Assembly (NCBI GenBank): GCA_002269645.1
Contig: NIVC01002311.1
Coordinates: 62,001-126,000, forward strand
Reading direction: 5' to 3'
Length of the DNA: 64,000 nt
Source: Macrostomum lignano
Lineage: Eukaryota
Shown here: piece by piece, positions 10,585 through 22,450 of the stretch
How positions within the stretch are numbered: the first letter of the stretch is position 1
Layout: every line of letters begins with the position of its first letter
Notes under the pieces: model-generated
The model's database searches: none
What the model saw: only the letters and a program-made list of their open reading frames with translations
Told to the model about the DNA's origin: nothing
Position numbers and translations under genes: made by a program

Positions 10585-11362
10585 TGTCCCTTGGCTCGGG
10601 CTTAGCCGCCTCCCCAGCCGCGAAGGTGGACGCGGTGCCCGCGGCAGGTGAGACACCTGACCGCACTGCACTGCCTTCATCCCCAGCGACTGGGGTACGT
10701 CTGCTGTCTTCTTCTTGTGCGCAACAGTCGGGAGTCTGAACTCGGCCGGCAGCATCCTTCTGGTGGCAATCCCACCAGTTGGGTTGTCAAGCCGTGTCGT
10801 CGTCCAGTTCCTTTGGCTGGCTTTGAGCAGTTTGACGAGCGGCACGAGGCCGCTCGAGGTGAATTCTCAGGAACTGAGCTTCATTGAGGGGGCGCTGAAT
10901 TAGCCCGGACAGCCGACTACTGCGGGTGGGTCTACGTCCGCGCGAGGCAGACTCAGCAGCGCGGATTGCCTTATTAGGCTCTGGGTCGGGTTTCCGCTTG
11001 GCCGGCGGAGCCTGAGCCCCAGCTCCGGGTGCGATACGCTTCCCGTTGTGAAGTGTACGCTGCTTGTCTAAGTGAGTGTGATTGTGTACGTTTAGTAATG
11101 CGTAGCAATGTACATACTATCGGATATATGGGGCGGGGTTTTCGCACTTTACCGTTTATTCGAAACAAATAAACGGTAACTTGGGAGCTAAGACTCCTTG
11201 TAAAGTCCACAACACAACAGTGTCGTCGCAAGCAGAATCAGCATGAGCAAGCAATTAAGGCGAACAAACACTGGGCTCCCCTGCAAAGGCAGTGGCAGGT
11301 CCACCGGCTGGCCAGTCGACCAAGGCAGCAGTCTCTGTTGTTAAGACTCCAGTTAAAACTCC

Positions 11363-11832
11363 ATGGAGATCGAGCAGCTGGACGTCGGAAATAATTTCAC
11401 CCGATGGATAATGTATGACTTTAAAGTTGCGGCAAAATTTTACCGCGTGGATAACGAGACAAAGTCGCAGATGCTGCTCATGAAACTGTCTCCGGCCCTG
11501 TATGACCGAGTAGCCGATCGGGTGGCTCCAACAAAGCCGAGTCAATTGTCAGCTACGGTGTTGGAGGCTGCCTTAAAGGAACTGTTGGTACCGGCAACCT
11601 TCGTATTGGCTGAACGGTACACGTTCCAACAGTGTACTCGCGCACACGTAGAGAGTCAGTGCTTCTGCCGTCAGCGGAGAAATGCAAATTCGATAATAAG
11701 GATGAGCGCCTGCGGGACCAACTCATCTGCTGTCTGATGGATCAACAGATCGTAGGCAAGCTTTTGGTCAAGGACCATCATAGCTTTACCTTCAAGGATG
11801 CGGTTGCCAAGGCTGAGGTTCATTACGCCTGA
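11363..11832 (+). pseudogene. Gypsy gag remnant (frameshifted)
   Basis: ...FVLAERYTFQQC then, in another frame, AEKCKFDNKDERLRDQLICCL: typical invertebrate Ty3/Gypsy gag. Confidence 0.75.
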
Positions 11833-11941
11833 ATAGCCACGGAGATCATGAAGAGCACACCAAAAGGAGATAGCACGGCCGTTATAAAGGTATCACTACA
11901 GCGCCCAGCATATTTCAAAGATAATCCCACAGGTCGTACAG

Positions 11942-13690
11942 GGAATTAAAGGAGCCGTAGCCTGTATTGATGACATACTCATTGGCGGTCAGACTAAAGA
12001 GCAGTTGAAACAACGGGAAGCGCTGGTGAGAGCGAGACTTCAGCAGCACAATCTCAAAATTAACGAAAAGAAATGCCAAATCTCTCAGCGAAAGGTGCGA
12101 TTCCTAGGCTTCGTACTGGATGACGGTCTGATCCGCCCGGATGCGGAGAAGGTGCTAGGCCTCAGGGAGATGTCCGCTCCAACCGACATAGCTGAGCTGC
12201 AGCCGCTTATCGCTTATCGCTTATCGCCGCTTATCCGCTTATCGCCGCTTATCGAAAATTGAAGGCCATGCTAACGGAATAGTCGGCCCTAGCCAATTTC
12301 GACCCAGCAAAGCACACTATGCTACGAGCTAGAATGTGACGCATCACAGAAAGGTATCGGTGGAGTTTTCATGCAGGAAGATCGTCCAGTCCTATACGTG
12401 AGCAAGCTACTCTCAGAAGCGGAACGCAAATATTCCTAGATCGAGCGAGAGGCACTTGTAATTTTATGGGCAGTGCAAAGGTGTCACAGGTTCTTGGCAG
12501 GGAGGCAATTCACTTTGATAACCGACCATCGTCCACTCACTTACGGCCAGACCAAGAGTTACTGGCACGAGTATCAGCACGGCTGCAGCGCTGGGCCATT
12601 CTCCTGATGACATATGACTTCTATAAGAGATCTGGCCTGATGAATTCCGATGCATTGTCTTGGCTTCTTGGACCCGGACAGGGGCAAACATTCAGCGTTG
12701 GCAGTGTTGAGCTGGCTCCCCCGACTTCAACTATTGAGCAGTACGTTGCGGATTCAGTCGGAGCAATGTCCGGAGTTAAAACGACTCCAAGAAGCGATTC
12801 AAGCTAGTAATTTCAACCACCAGGATCTACGGGCGTACAAGATGGTGTCCACCGAACTCACTATGGAAGACGGTCTGTTGATTAGAGGTTTGAGAGTAGT
12901 TCCACCGCGTGCGTTGAGACAAACCATCATGGAGGAAGCTCATTCGACGCACCTGGGCATGGAAAGGACTAAGCCTTTAATACATGGTGGCCTGCAGCTT
13001 TGGACAGAGTGCAAGATGGTAAAATAAAGCAACAGGAATCACCTCAGTTCCTGGCCACACAGACTACAGAGCCGTGGGATCGTACATGCAGACTTCGCGG
13101 GACCAATCAATGGGCAGTACTTATTTGTGCTGGTAGATTTTTTCTCAAGCGCCACCTAGAGGTCCATCATCTGACTAACGACAAGTGGAATCAGCCACAG
13201 CGGTGTCCTAGTAACGACGAACTTTTCACAGATCTGAATTCCCAGGACTCTGGTGACTGACAATGGACGCAGTTTTGTATCTGCCGAGACAACCAAAATT
13301 GGCTGAAGAGTTTAATATGGTTGCCAGCATGTACAACACCGCCATACAACCCTCAAAGCAACGAGCTCGCATAAAGGTTCGTCCGAAGAGGCCACTGGAC
13401 TGAGTCAACAAAATTTGGATCGGTTTCTGCTGTTCTACCGGGCCACACGTGGGTCTTCGGTGACGACATGGCGGGCAACACCGCAGATCTGGCCAAGATT
13501 GTTTTTCTGACCGGAAGAAACACCTCGCTGGTCATGTTAACCAATGGACAGTACAAAGGCCCTTTTAGCGGAATGGGCGTCTGCGCCTTCCCGCTGTGTA
13601 CCCCTCCGGGGCAGCCCTGCAGTACAAAGGTCCACCTTGATCAGTTGCACGGCCCAGGGGAAGATGCGGCTGTCGGAGACGGAATTTAAG
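11942..13690 (+). pseudogene. Gypsy pol remnant (RT C-half, RNase H, integrase) with stops and frameshifts; protease and RT N-half deleted
   Basis: ACIDDILIGG (YxDD equivalent), KKCQISQRKVRFLGF, LECDASQKGIGGV, ITDHRPL, HADFAGP...LVDFFS, LVTDNGRSF, FLLFYRAT, KVHLDQL. Confidence 0.85.
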
Positions 13691-14216
13691 CAGAATCTTC
13701 CGCAGTGCAAGAACCTCCAGCAAATCCTCCTGAAACTATATTGACAGCCCGACCGAGTTGCCCGGCACGGAGCAGAGCACGCAAGAGCAGCCCGCACCAT
13801 TGCCTGCAACTGTATCACCATAACAAAGTACTCGGCTCGCTCAGAAGCCGTGAGTAAACTATCGGTTTTGTCTCCGAAGGACAGTTTTATCAAAGAGGGG
13901 AGGTGTTGTGGGTCGATTTATTCTATATTTATATGATATTTTCTTGAATCAGTCACAGCAGAATTTGGTCTATGGCCTAGTGGGAACTTCGTTTTGTACT
14001 GTATAATGGTACGAGTACCGCCTAAAAAGAATGGCTTACGCAGTATGTCGAAAAGACAAAATTAGCTGGCTGGTAAAGCCAAGAAATAAACAAAACTGTT
14101 AAGTTGCGAGCAAAGACTCCTTGTAAAGACCACAACACAACAGTTTCCATTAAGCGCTGTTAAAAGAAATGCGCCAAATGAATTCCATGACATTGGGACG
14201 CGGAATGTATTATCGA

Positions 14217-14594
14217 CAGGGGCGTCGCCATTGATTTTATGGGGGGGGACTTAAAGCCAAGAATCGATCAACATGCACATGACTAAATTCCTACATTTCC
14301 ATTATTTTGAGAATCGTGTTGTCAGCGCTCATTTTGGCACTGCAGGTATTCACTTTAACGCCGCAGGCACTCATTGTGGCGCCATAGGCATTCCTTTAAG
14401 CACCGCAGCCACGATCTTTTTGGCGCCACAGTCACTCCTTTTGGCGCCGAAGGCGCTATTTTTGGCGCCCTGAATAAAAATTTTTGATTACCACAGCGAG
14501 TCAAAAGGTGGAGTGAGGGGACAAAGCATTAGAATGTCCCCCCATAGCTTTTACTGGGGGGACATGTCCCCCCCCGCGGTGGCGAAAGCGCCTG
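14217..14594. mobile_element. Possible MITE with TTTTGGCGCC internal repeats
   Basis: CAGGGGCGTCGCCA start and GGCGAAAGCGCCTG end are loosely complementary; no TSD found. Confidence 0.4.
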
Positions 14595-16135
14595 ATCAGG
14601 ACGACTAAAAAGTAGCATACATGTAGTAGTGGCCTTGTATCGGATCCTTAGCGATCGAAATTAAGAAGAGTTCTCTGGCTAATTCTCGCTAATTCAGTCT
14701 CGTATTGTGACCTAATAGACCTAATAGACCTAAGAGTTGTGGCACGACCCACAAAAGTAGTAATATTATATATTCTAAAGAATCTATTACATATTACTAA
14801 ATTCTCTGTAGCGGCTCACAAGCAATCCTGTCTGCTTGGCATCATCTTTAATCTTTCAGTCACGACCACAGCTATCCATCGAAATCCTATTGCACTTCTA
14901 AATTTGTTTGAATTGATTTTGACTGCCGGAAATTCAGCACCGATTTGAACGCTGCAAAAGATCCATGGTCGAGCCTCGATTCATTTCAATTCCACTTTAT
15001 ACATTCCAAATCCGCCGTTCTCACTCCTAAAGCTGACGACTAGCCGTGATCTACGTTTAGCCTGTAGGTTGTATACTAATAGCACTTTGCCTGCAGTTTT
15101 TAAAAAATCCTATACCCACTGGCCACTGCTGACACCAAAAGTTGTAACAGGTCCATACTCAGGAACTTCAGTCAGGAAGGTGGGATCGGGGTGTATGCAA
15201 TTTTTTGGGGTATCCAGCGACCAGCCCAGCTCAAGGTATGGAGGGTGGAAAGTGGAAACTTTCTTTTTTTGTAAAATTATTGTTAGAAAATATTTGTTAA
15301 AATAATAATAGGCATCAATTTTTTTGTGCACGAAATTATGTAGTTACTTACTTTACTTAAGGGTAAGAGGTATTAATTATTAAGTTAAGTAGGCCTAATC
15401 AATTTAAATGACCTTTAGTAGGCCTAATGGCTAATTCTTATGTAAGTTAAATGACTTTTTAGGGAAAATTTTGGAGTGCATATACAATTCTGTCTTTGTA
15501 GGCCTATTTTTTGAAATGCAAATTGCTAGGCCTAGGCAGCCATAGTTCCAAACACCCTGAATGTATGCCAGACTAAAATCTCTCACAATATTTTTGGTAC
15601 ACCAGTGACAGTGTACACCAAATTTTACAACAATGAATTATTTTGTTTTTAAATTGCATAAAATAACATTTTTTTGCTGATAATTTGGTTAATACTTTTG
15701 CTTTTTTGCTGATATTATTTATAGTGGAAACCTAATACATGCAAAGATTTGTTTAAATTTTTTATTACGAGCTTTAAAAACCTGGAAACTTGAAATTGCT
15801 TAAAAATAAAATCATAGTTTTTTATTTTTTTTAATACTTTTCACGAACTCTTCCGTGTGATTCTATTAGCTGCATGCACACTATTTTCTTAGACTATTTG
15901 ATTTGATTCCGCAACTGCAGGAACATGTACACTACTTTTTGAATGTGCATTTTTATATGCCAGATAGTATGCCAGATTTCAAAAAGTAAAAAATTGTATA
16001 CCAAGTGTATACCAAAAGTCGTGAGTGTACGCCGGATCAATCCCTGTACCCCATGTACCCCAGATCAATCCCAATTAATATGCCAGATTAATCCGGCGTA
16101 CCACCCCTCTTCCGGACTATGGCTAGGCAGCTAGG

Positions 16136-18786
16136 TGAAGTGAAGCGAAAGCGCCGTTAGCAAGAGGATGGGAGAAATCAGCCGACACGCGCGTGATGCG
16201 TGAACAAGCATCCAGCCTTGGCAGCAACTCCCCAGATGCACAAGATCTGCATGCCTAAAAATAGTCCTGATGATCGGCGAGCAAGAAGCCCAGCCATGCG
16301 ACCCTCGCGTGATGCATGCACAACCTCTGACCGACACTGCCTATTGGGCCTCGAAATCCCACTCTCTCTCCCTACTGCTCCTATTCCTCGTTGCTCGCGT
16401 ACAGTGTGCTAGCTTATAAAATATACTGATTGAAGAGGAAAGATCCTTGCCTGAAGTTTGAGAATGTGACTCTAGAGATCACACAGAGAAAGTTACCATC
16501 GAGGTCCATTGTTCGTTGTCTTCCTGAACTGTTGGCAGAAGGAAACGAATAATATGGGAAAACCCATATAAATTGTCATTTCAATTGGTTCCACTGACTG
16601 CGTGAGTCGCCGCTAGACAGAAGTCTCAGACACCATGCAGTTACTGCTCTGCTGCATGTCTTCAACAGCCATCCGAATGAATCGAGAACTGAGACTTTCC
16701 TGCCTTCAGTAAAGGAAAACTTCGAACTAAACAAGACCAATGGACGAAGATCAAGAAGCGACGCAGTTTAACCTTCCAAGAAGAAACTTTCGTTGAGAGA
16801 TCTACACAATCAATTTGGTCAAGACGGTATTTTTCCGACGTCCTTTTTAACTGCAATGTACCTTCAGCCAGCATCCTGATCTGACTGTCTACCAGACGCT
16901 GTTTCAATTTGTCGAGTCTCCGTGTCCAGTCCTATTTGCGTCACTGTTTAGGGCATCGAAAAGCCCATTCAATTTGTCGAGTTTCCGAGTTCACGTGAAT
17001 CCCCCTCTCAGATCTGATTAAATAGTCAAGAGGATATGCTGGTACAATTCATCCACTGTTGTCACAAGTTCACTTTGCCCCTTGACCAAGTTTCGTGTTT
17101 CAACAACATCAACTCAATTGCAAGTTACCAAGTGGGACTGCGTATCGCAAGCAAATGCACAACTGTACGCCATGTCATCATTGCTCCAAGCTTATTTTCA
17201 ACAGAGCTCGGAGGGCCTCGCTTCCCTGAAAAAAGAGCGACTGAAGTGAAGCGAAAGCGCCGTTAGCAAGAGGATGGGAGAAATCAGCCGACACGCGCGT
17301 GATGCGTGAACAAGCATCCAACCTTGGCAGCAACTCCCCAGATGCACAAGATCTACATGCCTAAAAATAGTCCTGATGATCGGCGAGCGAAAAGCCCAGC
17401 CATGCGACCCTCGCGTGATGCATGCACAACCTCTGACCGACGGCTCCTATTGGGCCTCCCTGTTCCACTTTCTTCCCCTATTCCTCCTTGCTCGCGTACA
17501 GTCTGTTAACTTATAAAATATACTGATTGAAGAGGAAAGATCCTCGCCTGAAGTTTGAGAATGTGACTCTAGAGATCACACAGAGAAAGTTACCATCGAG
17601 GTCCATTGTTTGTTGTCTTCCTGAACTGTTGGCAGAAGGAAACGATAATATGGGAAAAAGCCATATAATTTTCGTTTCAATTGGTTCCACTGACCGCGTG
17701 AGTCACCGCTAGACGGAAGTCTCAGACACCATGCAGTTATCGCTCTGCTGCATGTCTTCCACAGCCATCCGAGTAAATCGAGAACTGAGACTTTCCTGCC
17801 TTCAGTAAAGGAAAACTTCGAACTAGATAAGACCAATGGACGAAGATCAAGAAGCGACGCAGTTTACCCTTCCAAGAAGAAACTCTCGTTGAGAGATCTA
17901 CACAATCAATTTGGTCAAGACGGTATTTTTCCAACGTCCTATTTAACTGCAATGTACCTTCAGCCAGCATCCTGATCTGACTGTCTACCAGACGCTGTTT
18001 CAATTTGTTGAGTCTCCGTGTCTAGTCCTATTTGCGTCACTGTTTAGGGCATCGAAAAGCCCATTCAATTTGTCGAGTTTCCAAGTTCACGTCAATCCCC
18101 CTCTCAGATCTGATTAAATAGTCAAGAGGATATGCTGGTACAATTCATCCACTGTTGTCACAAGTTCACTTTGCCCCTTGACCAAGTTTCGTGTTTCAAC
18201 AACATCAACTCAACTGCAAGTTACCAAGTGGGACTGCGTATCGCAAGCAAATGCACAACTGTACGCCATGTCATCATTGCTCCAAGCTTATTTTCAACAG
18301 AGCTCGGAGGGCCTCGCTTCCCTGAAAAAAGAGCGACTGAAGTGAAGCGAAAGCGCCGTTAGCAAGAGGATGGGAGAAATCAGCCGACACGCGCGTGATG
18401 CGTGAACAAGCATCCAGCCTTGGCAGCAACTCCCCAGATGCACAAGATCTGCATGCCTAAAAATAGTCCTGATGATCGGCGAGCAAGAAGCCCAGCCATG
18501 CGACCCTCGCGTGATGCATGCACAACCTCTGACCGACACTGCCTATTGGGCCTCGAAATCCCACTCTCTCTCCCTACTGCTCCTATTCCTCGTTGCTCGC
18601 GTATAGTGTGCTAGCTTATAAAATATACTGATTGAAGAGGAAAGATCCTCGCCTGAAGTTTGAGAATGTGACTCTAGAGATCACACAGAGAAAGTTACCA
18701 TCGAGGTCCATTGTTCGTTGTCTTCCTGAACTGTTGGCAGAAGGAAACGATTAATATGGGAAAAACCCATATAAATTGTCATTTCA
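16136..18786 (+). mobile_element. Tandem non-autonomous LTR retroelement (TRIM-like), LTR-I-LTR-I-LTR
   Basis: LTRs 16136-16583, 17242-17679, 18338-18786; outer LTRs TGAAGTGA...TCATTTCA, middle ends CGTTTCA. Internal segments 16584-17241 and 17680-18337 (658 bp each). PBS TGGTTCCACTGAC follows LTR1 and LTR2; purine tract GAAAAAAGAGCGA precedes LTR2 and LTR3. Single TSD TAGG (16132-16135, 18787-18790). No intact ORF. Confidence 0.85.
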
Positions 18787-19984
18787 TAGGCCTAGGGGTT
18801 AATAAGGCCTATAAAAACATTTTGAAAAAAGATAAAGTGAGAAGACAAGCTATTAGAGGCCTAGGCCTATTAGTAATTATATTTATATCATACATGCGCA
18901 ACCCCCTGATTTACACTGGCCATGCGACTTACTTTTTGACCAAAAATGCGACTTACCTGTGACAGAAACCCTATAGCAACATTAACGCAATTTTGGGTAA
19001 ACGGCAGGAGTAACTATGACTGTCTTATAAGGGCTAAATGCCTTGTCATCTAATTAGTACTATGTCTGTATTCTTTGGGGTGAGCATTTTTGCGACTTAC
19101 CCCTGGTCCACCACAATTTACGGTGGCCAGATCGGCCAGGTCGGCCAGCAGTTGCGCATGTATGTTTATATATTATATTATACTTTATACCAAGCACTAG
19201 GCCTCTATCCTATCAAATAGTATAGGCCTATAAAAAATATGGTATATAGGCAGGGGCCTATGAATGATAGATAGGTTTAACTTTGGTTTCCCATGTCTTA
19301 AAATTATTTTTCTGGAGTGTTTAAAACATTAATTGTTAAAAACAAAACTTCAAAAAAGTTAAAAGCAACAAGTAAAAAGTCAATAGCATAGTCCTAGTTT
19401 ACTTTGTTATATTATTTCGTAATTCTACTTTACTTCGTTATATTAATTTCATGTATTTTCTTGCATCTGTACTCTTACCACAACACTTTCAGCTATTATG
19501 GCCAGTTGCCCAGCTGCACCAAGCTTTTAAACTATACTAAAAGAAACTTCAAAATTCGCAAGATAGTGGAAGCCAGTCGGGATGACTTCACCACCATGAA
19601 GTGGCTTATAATTGCGAAGCAGAAAAATGGGGTAAAATAATTTAACAAAGGGCAAAATAATATAATGAAGTAAACTAGAACTCTGCCAAGTCAACAAGTC
19701 ACATTCACATAGGGCCATACCTACTCTTAAAGATTATACAATATGTAAAAAACAGTGATCCCTTGACATTGTAACTTAAAGTTTGTATTAGAAAAACAAA
19801 TTTATTCATAATATATATTTTATATATACTGTATATTATCATAAAAGTATTGCAACAATATAGGACCTTTTTTGCATTGCAACAATAAAAGACCCTGTTT
19901 TGCAGTATGATATTTTGGTCTTTTGTATGCCAACTGCCAACAGCTACACCATATGCCTATATATCAGCTCTGTGGTACAATTAG

Positions 19985-21777
19985 CAAGGGTGTGTCTAGA
20001 AGTTTCAAGATAGGAAGGCCTAGTTGTGTAGTTGAGGCCTAGTAAAAACTGAAAGGGTAGCACCAATATCTCTAATTGAGTTTTGAATTATTGTAATTTA
20101 AGCAAATTTTTATTGAAAAGTAAAAATGATATCCAAATATACCTTGCAACTTATAATGAATACAATAGCTAAGTTGATTTAATTAATATTCTAAATGTTT
20201 TTGGCCTAAGAAAACTTTTAGAATTTCCATTGGTTCACACATATTTTTACTATGAGAGGAGAGAAGTAAGAAAAGAGGGGAAAGAAAGAAAAAGATTATG
20301 AAGAGAGAGAAATGAGAGGAGAGAGTAGAGGTGAGAAGAGAGAGATAAGATAAGAGAGAAGAGAATAGATAAGAAAAGGTAAAGAAGAGATAGAAAAAAG
20401 TAAAGATGGAAGAGTAAAGAGATAAGAGTAGATAAAGGAGAGATTATAAGGTGGAGATGAGCAAGCAGAAAGAAAAGAGGAAAGATGAAAAGGGAAAAAG
20501 GAGACATGAAAGAGTAGAGACAAGAGATGAGAGAGTAGAGCTAGAACAAAGAAGAAAGAAGAGATTATAGAGATAAGAAGAGATGCAAGAAAAATATATG
20601 AGAGCAAAGAGGAGAGACAATGAGAGAGAAAAGTGAAGTGAGGAGAGAGGAGCTAAGAGGGAGGATAATCAAAAGAACAGGGGGAGAAGGGAAGAGAAAA
20701 AGGAGAGAGGAAAGAGAATAATGGAGAAAGGAGAGAGTAGAAAGCAAAAAAAAGATAGGAGAGCAAAGAGATGAGAGGTGAGAGATAAAAGAGGGAGGAG
20801 AGAATAAAGAGGAAAGCTGAGAGAGTAGAGGAAAGAAAGTAGAAAGAAGAGTTTAGAGAAAAGGAGAGATATTAAAAAGGAGAGTACAGATTAGAGATAA
20901 GAGAGAGAGAAGATAAGACAGGAAATAGATAGGAGAGAAGATTGAGACAAGAGAGGAGAAAGAATACAGATGCTAAAAGAGATGAGAAATGAGAGCAAAG
21001 AAGTAGAAAGAAGAGGAGGGAAGTTTCGAGAGAGGGGAGAGTGAGGAGTGAGACGAGGGGAGAGTGAGGAGTGAGAAGAGGGGAGAGTGAGGAGTGAGAA
21101 GAGGAGAGAGTGAGGAGTGAGAAGAGGGGAGAGTGAGGAGTGAGAAGAGGGGAGAGTGAGGAGTGAAAAGAGGGGAGAGAGGAGAGAGCAGAGAAATGAA
21201 AATAAATCAAAAAGCAGAGATAAAAGAATAAAAAAGAGAGATGAGAAAAAAAAGGAGAAGCAAATTGAGGACTGAGGTAAAGGGAAGAGAAGACATAAGA
21301 GAAAGAGAAGAGAAGACAGAAGTTTCAAAGGATCGGATGGACATAGAGAGAGGCAGAGACAAAGGCCAGAGTTTGCCAATATGTTTTCGAAAGACATTTC
21401 CTGACGTTCTGCGTAGCACCCCAGCCAACAAGACCAATGCTTTCCTCAATATTTTACACAAATTTACTCCATTTTATGTTCATCTCCATCCTAACTATTA
21501 ACAAGGTTTTGTTTGAGTATGACTTCAAATTTTAGAATATGTGCAAAAATAATTCCAGGGATTGGAATTCCCTGGGTTCAAAATCCGTGGGTTTCAACTG
21601 TTTGTGCTTGTATAGGAACAATTGTTTCTAAAATTAAAATTGTAAAGAGAAAAAAGGTTTTTAAAAATATTTTTTGGAAAATCCAAAGTAAAAAACTGAA
21701 AGTAGGGGGAGGGCACAAGGGGGCCTGTGGCCTAATGGGGGCGTAGGACCCCCCTGGCCCCCCTGGACATGCCACTG
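19985..21777. mobile_element. Non-autonomous hAT-type element swollen by a purine-rich low-complexity tract
   Basis: Degenerate TIR CAAGGGTGTGTCTAG / CTGGACATGCCACTG; 8-bp flanks ACAATTAG (19977-19984) and GCAATTAG (21778-21785), 7/8 match. Confidence 0.6.
20250..21350. repeat. A/G-rich low-complexity tract, with about 23-bp GAGGGGAGAGTGAGGAGTGAGAA units at 21030-21180
   Basis: Direct reading. Confidence 0.85.
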
Positions 21778-22189
21778 GCAATTAGTGATGAATCAAAATT
21801 TGATTTCAATTTTTGCAATTCTGGCAATTCTTGTCAAGTAAGTTGTGGTATTTACACAATATATGTTAAGATCATGTACTCAGATATAAGTTTAGAACTT
21901 TCAAAATCAGTTTTAATAGTAGTTAGTTACTATTAACTTGTACTATTTGTTAGAATGCTAGAAATTTGATTTAAAGAATAGTTAAAAATGATTTCATAAA
22001 ATGTTTATTTTGCATTTAAAATTGTACTAATTTTAATTGTACTAATATCTTATATTTATTTGCAAAACCATATTTTTCAGAGACGAAATTACATTATTCA
22101 GCAAAAGGTGCCTAGCTGACCCACAGCTGCAAGGCATAGTAAAGTTATTGAGCTGTTATTAATTTATTGTAGCAAACACATAGGAAGCC

Positions 22190-22450
22190 ATGAGTGAGAA
22201 CAGTGAAAATGAAGAGGACCAATTCTTTGATTGTCCTGAGGATCCTGAAGCCATCCAGTTTGCCAGTCTTGACAGAATCTATGCTATCTGTCTGCCAGCC
22301 ACTCCATCTGCTGGTGCTGCATCGAATGCTGTTGCCACACCGTGTGTTGCTGCTTCTGGCTCTGAAGCTTGGCGCGAACGTCTGCTGCTATTTCCAAGCA
22401 GTGGAGAGGCTCTGGCCAAGCTTAAAGAGCATAGGAATGCCCGCTATAAG
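22190..22450 (+). CDS. ANKLE2: ANKLE2 coding exon 1
   Basis: GAAGCCATG start; donor AAG|gtaagt; 261 nt. Confidence 0.8.

Larger units (their letters stand above)
11044..14142 (+). mobile_element. Degenerate, internally deleted Ty3/Gypsy LTR retrotransposon
   Basis: gag, RT, RNase H and integrase remnants in Gypsy order. PPT AAAGAGGGGAGG (13892-13903) precedes a 3' LTR TGTTGTG...CACAACA (13904-14142). A matching LTR 3' end lies at 11219; the 5' LTR start (~11044) is uncertain. Confidence 0.85.

Noticed and set aside
10516-10845. Minus-strand gag zinc knuckle (QCGQVSHLPRA)
   Set aside because: The CX2CX4HX4C pattern is incomplete and there is no other retroelement motif
17373-17392. Hammerhead ribozyme core (CTGATGA...GAAA) in LTR2, which would make the element a retrozyme
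   Set aside because: No G-C closed stem II, no stem I or III partners found, and LTR1 and LTR3 lack the GAAA; an Infernal search with hammerhead models would settle it
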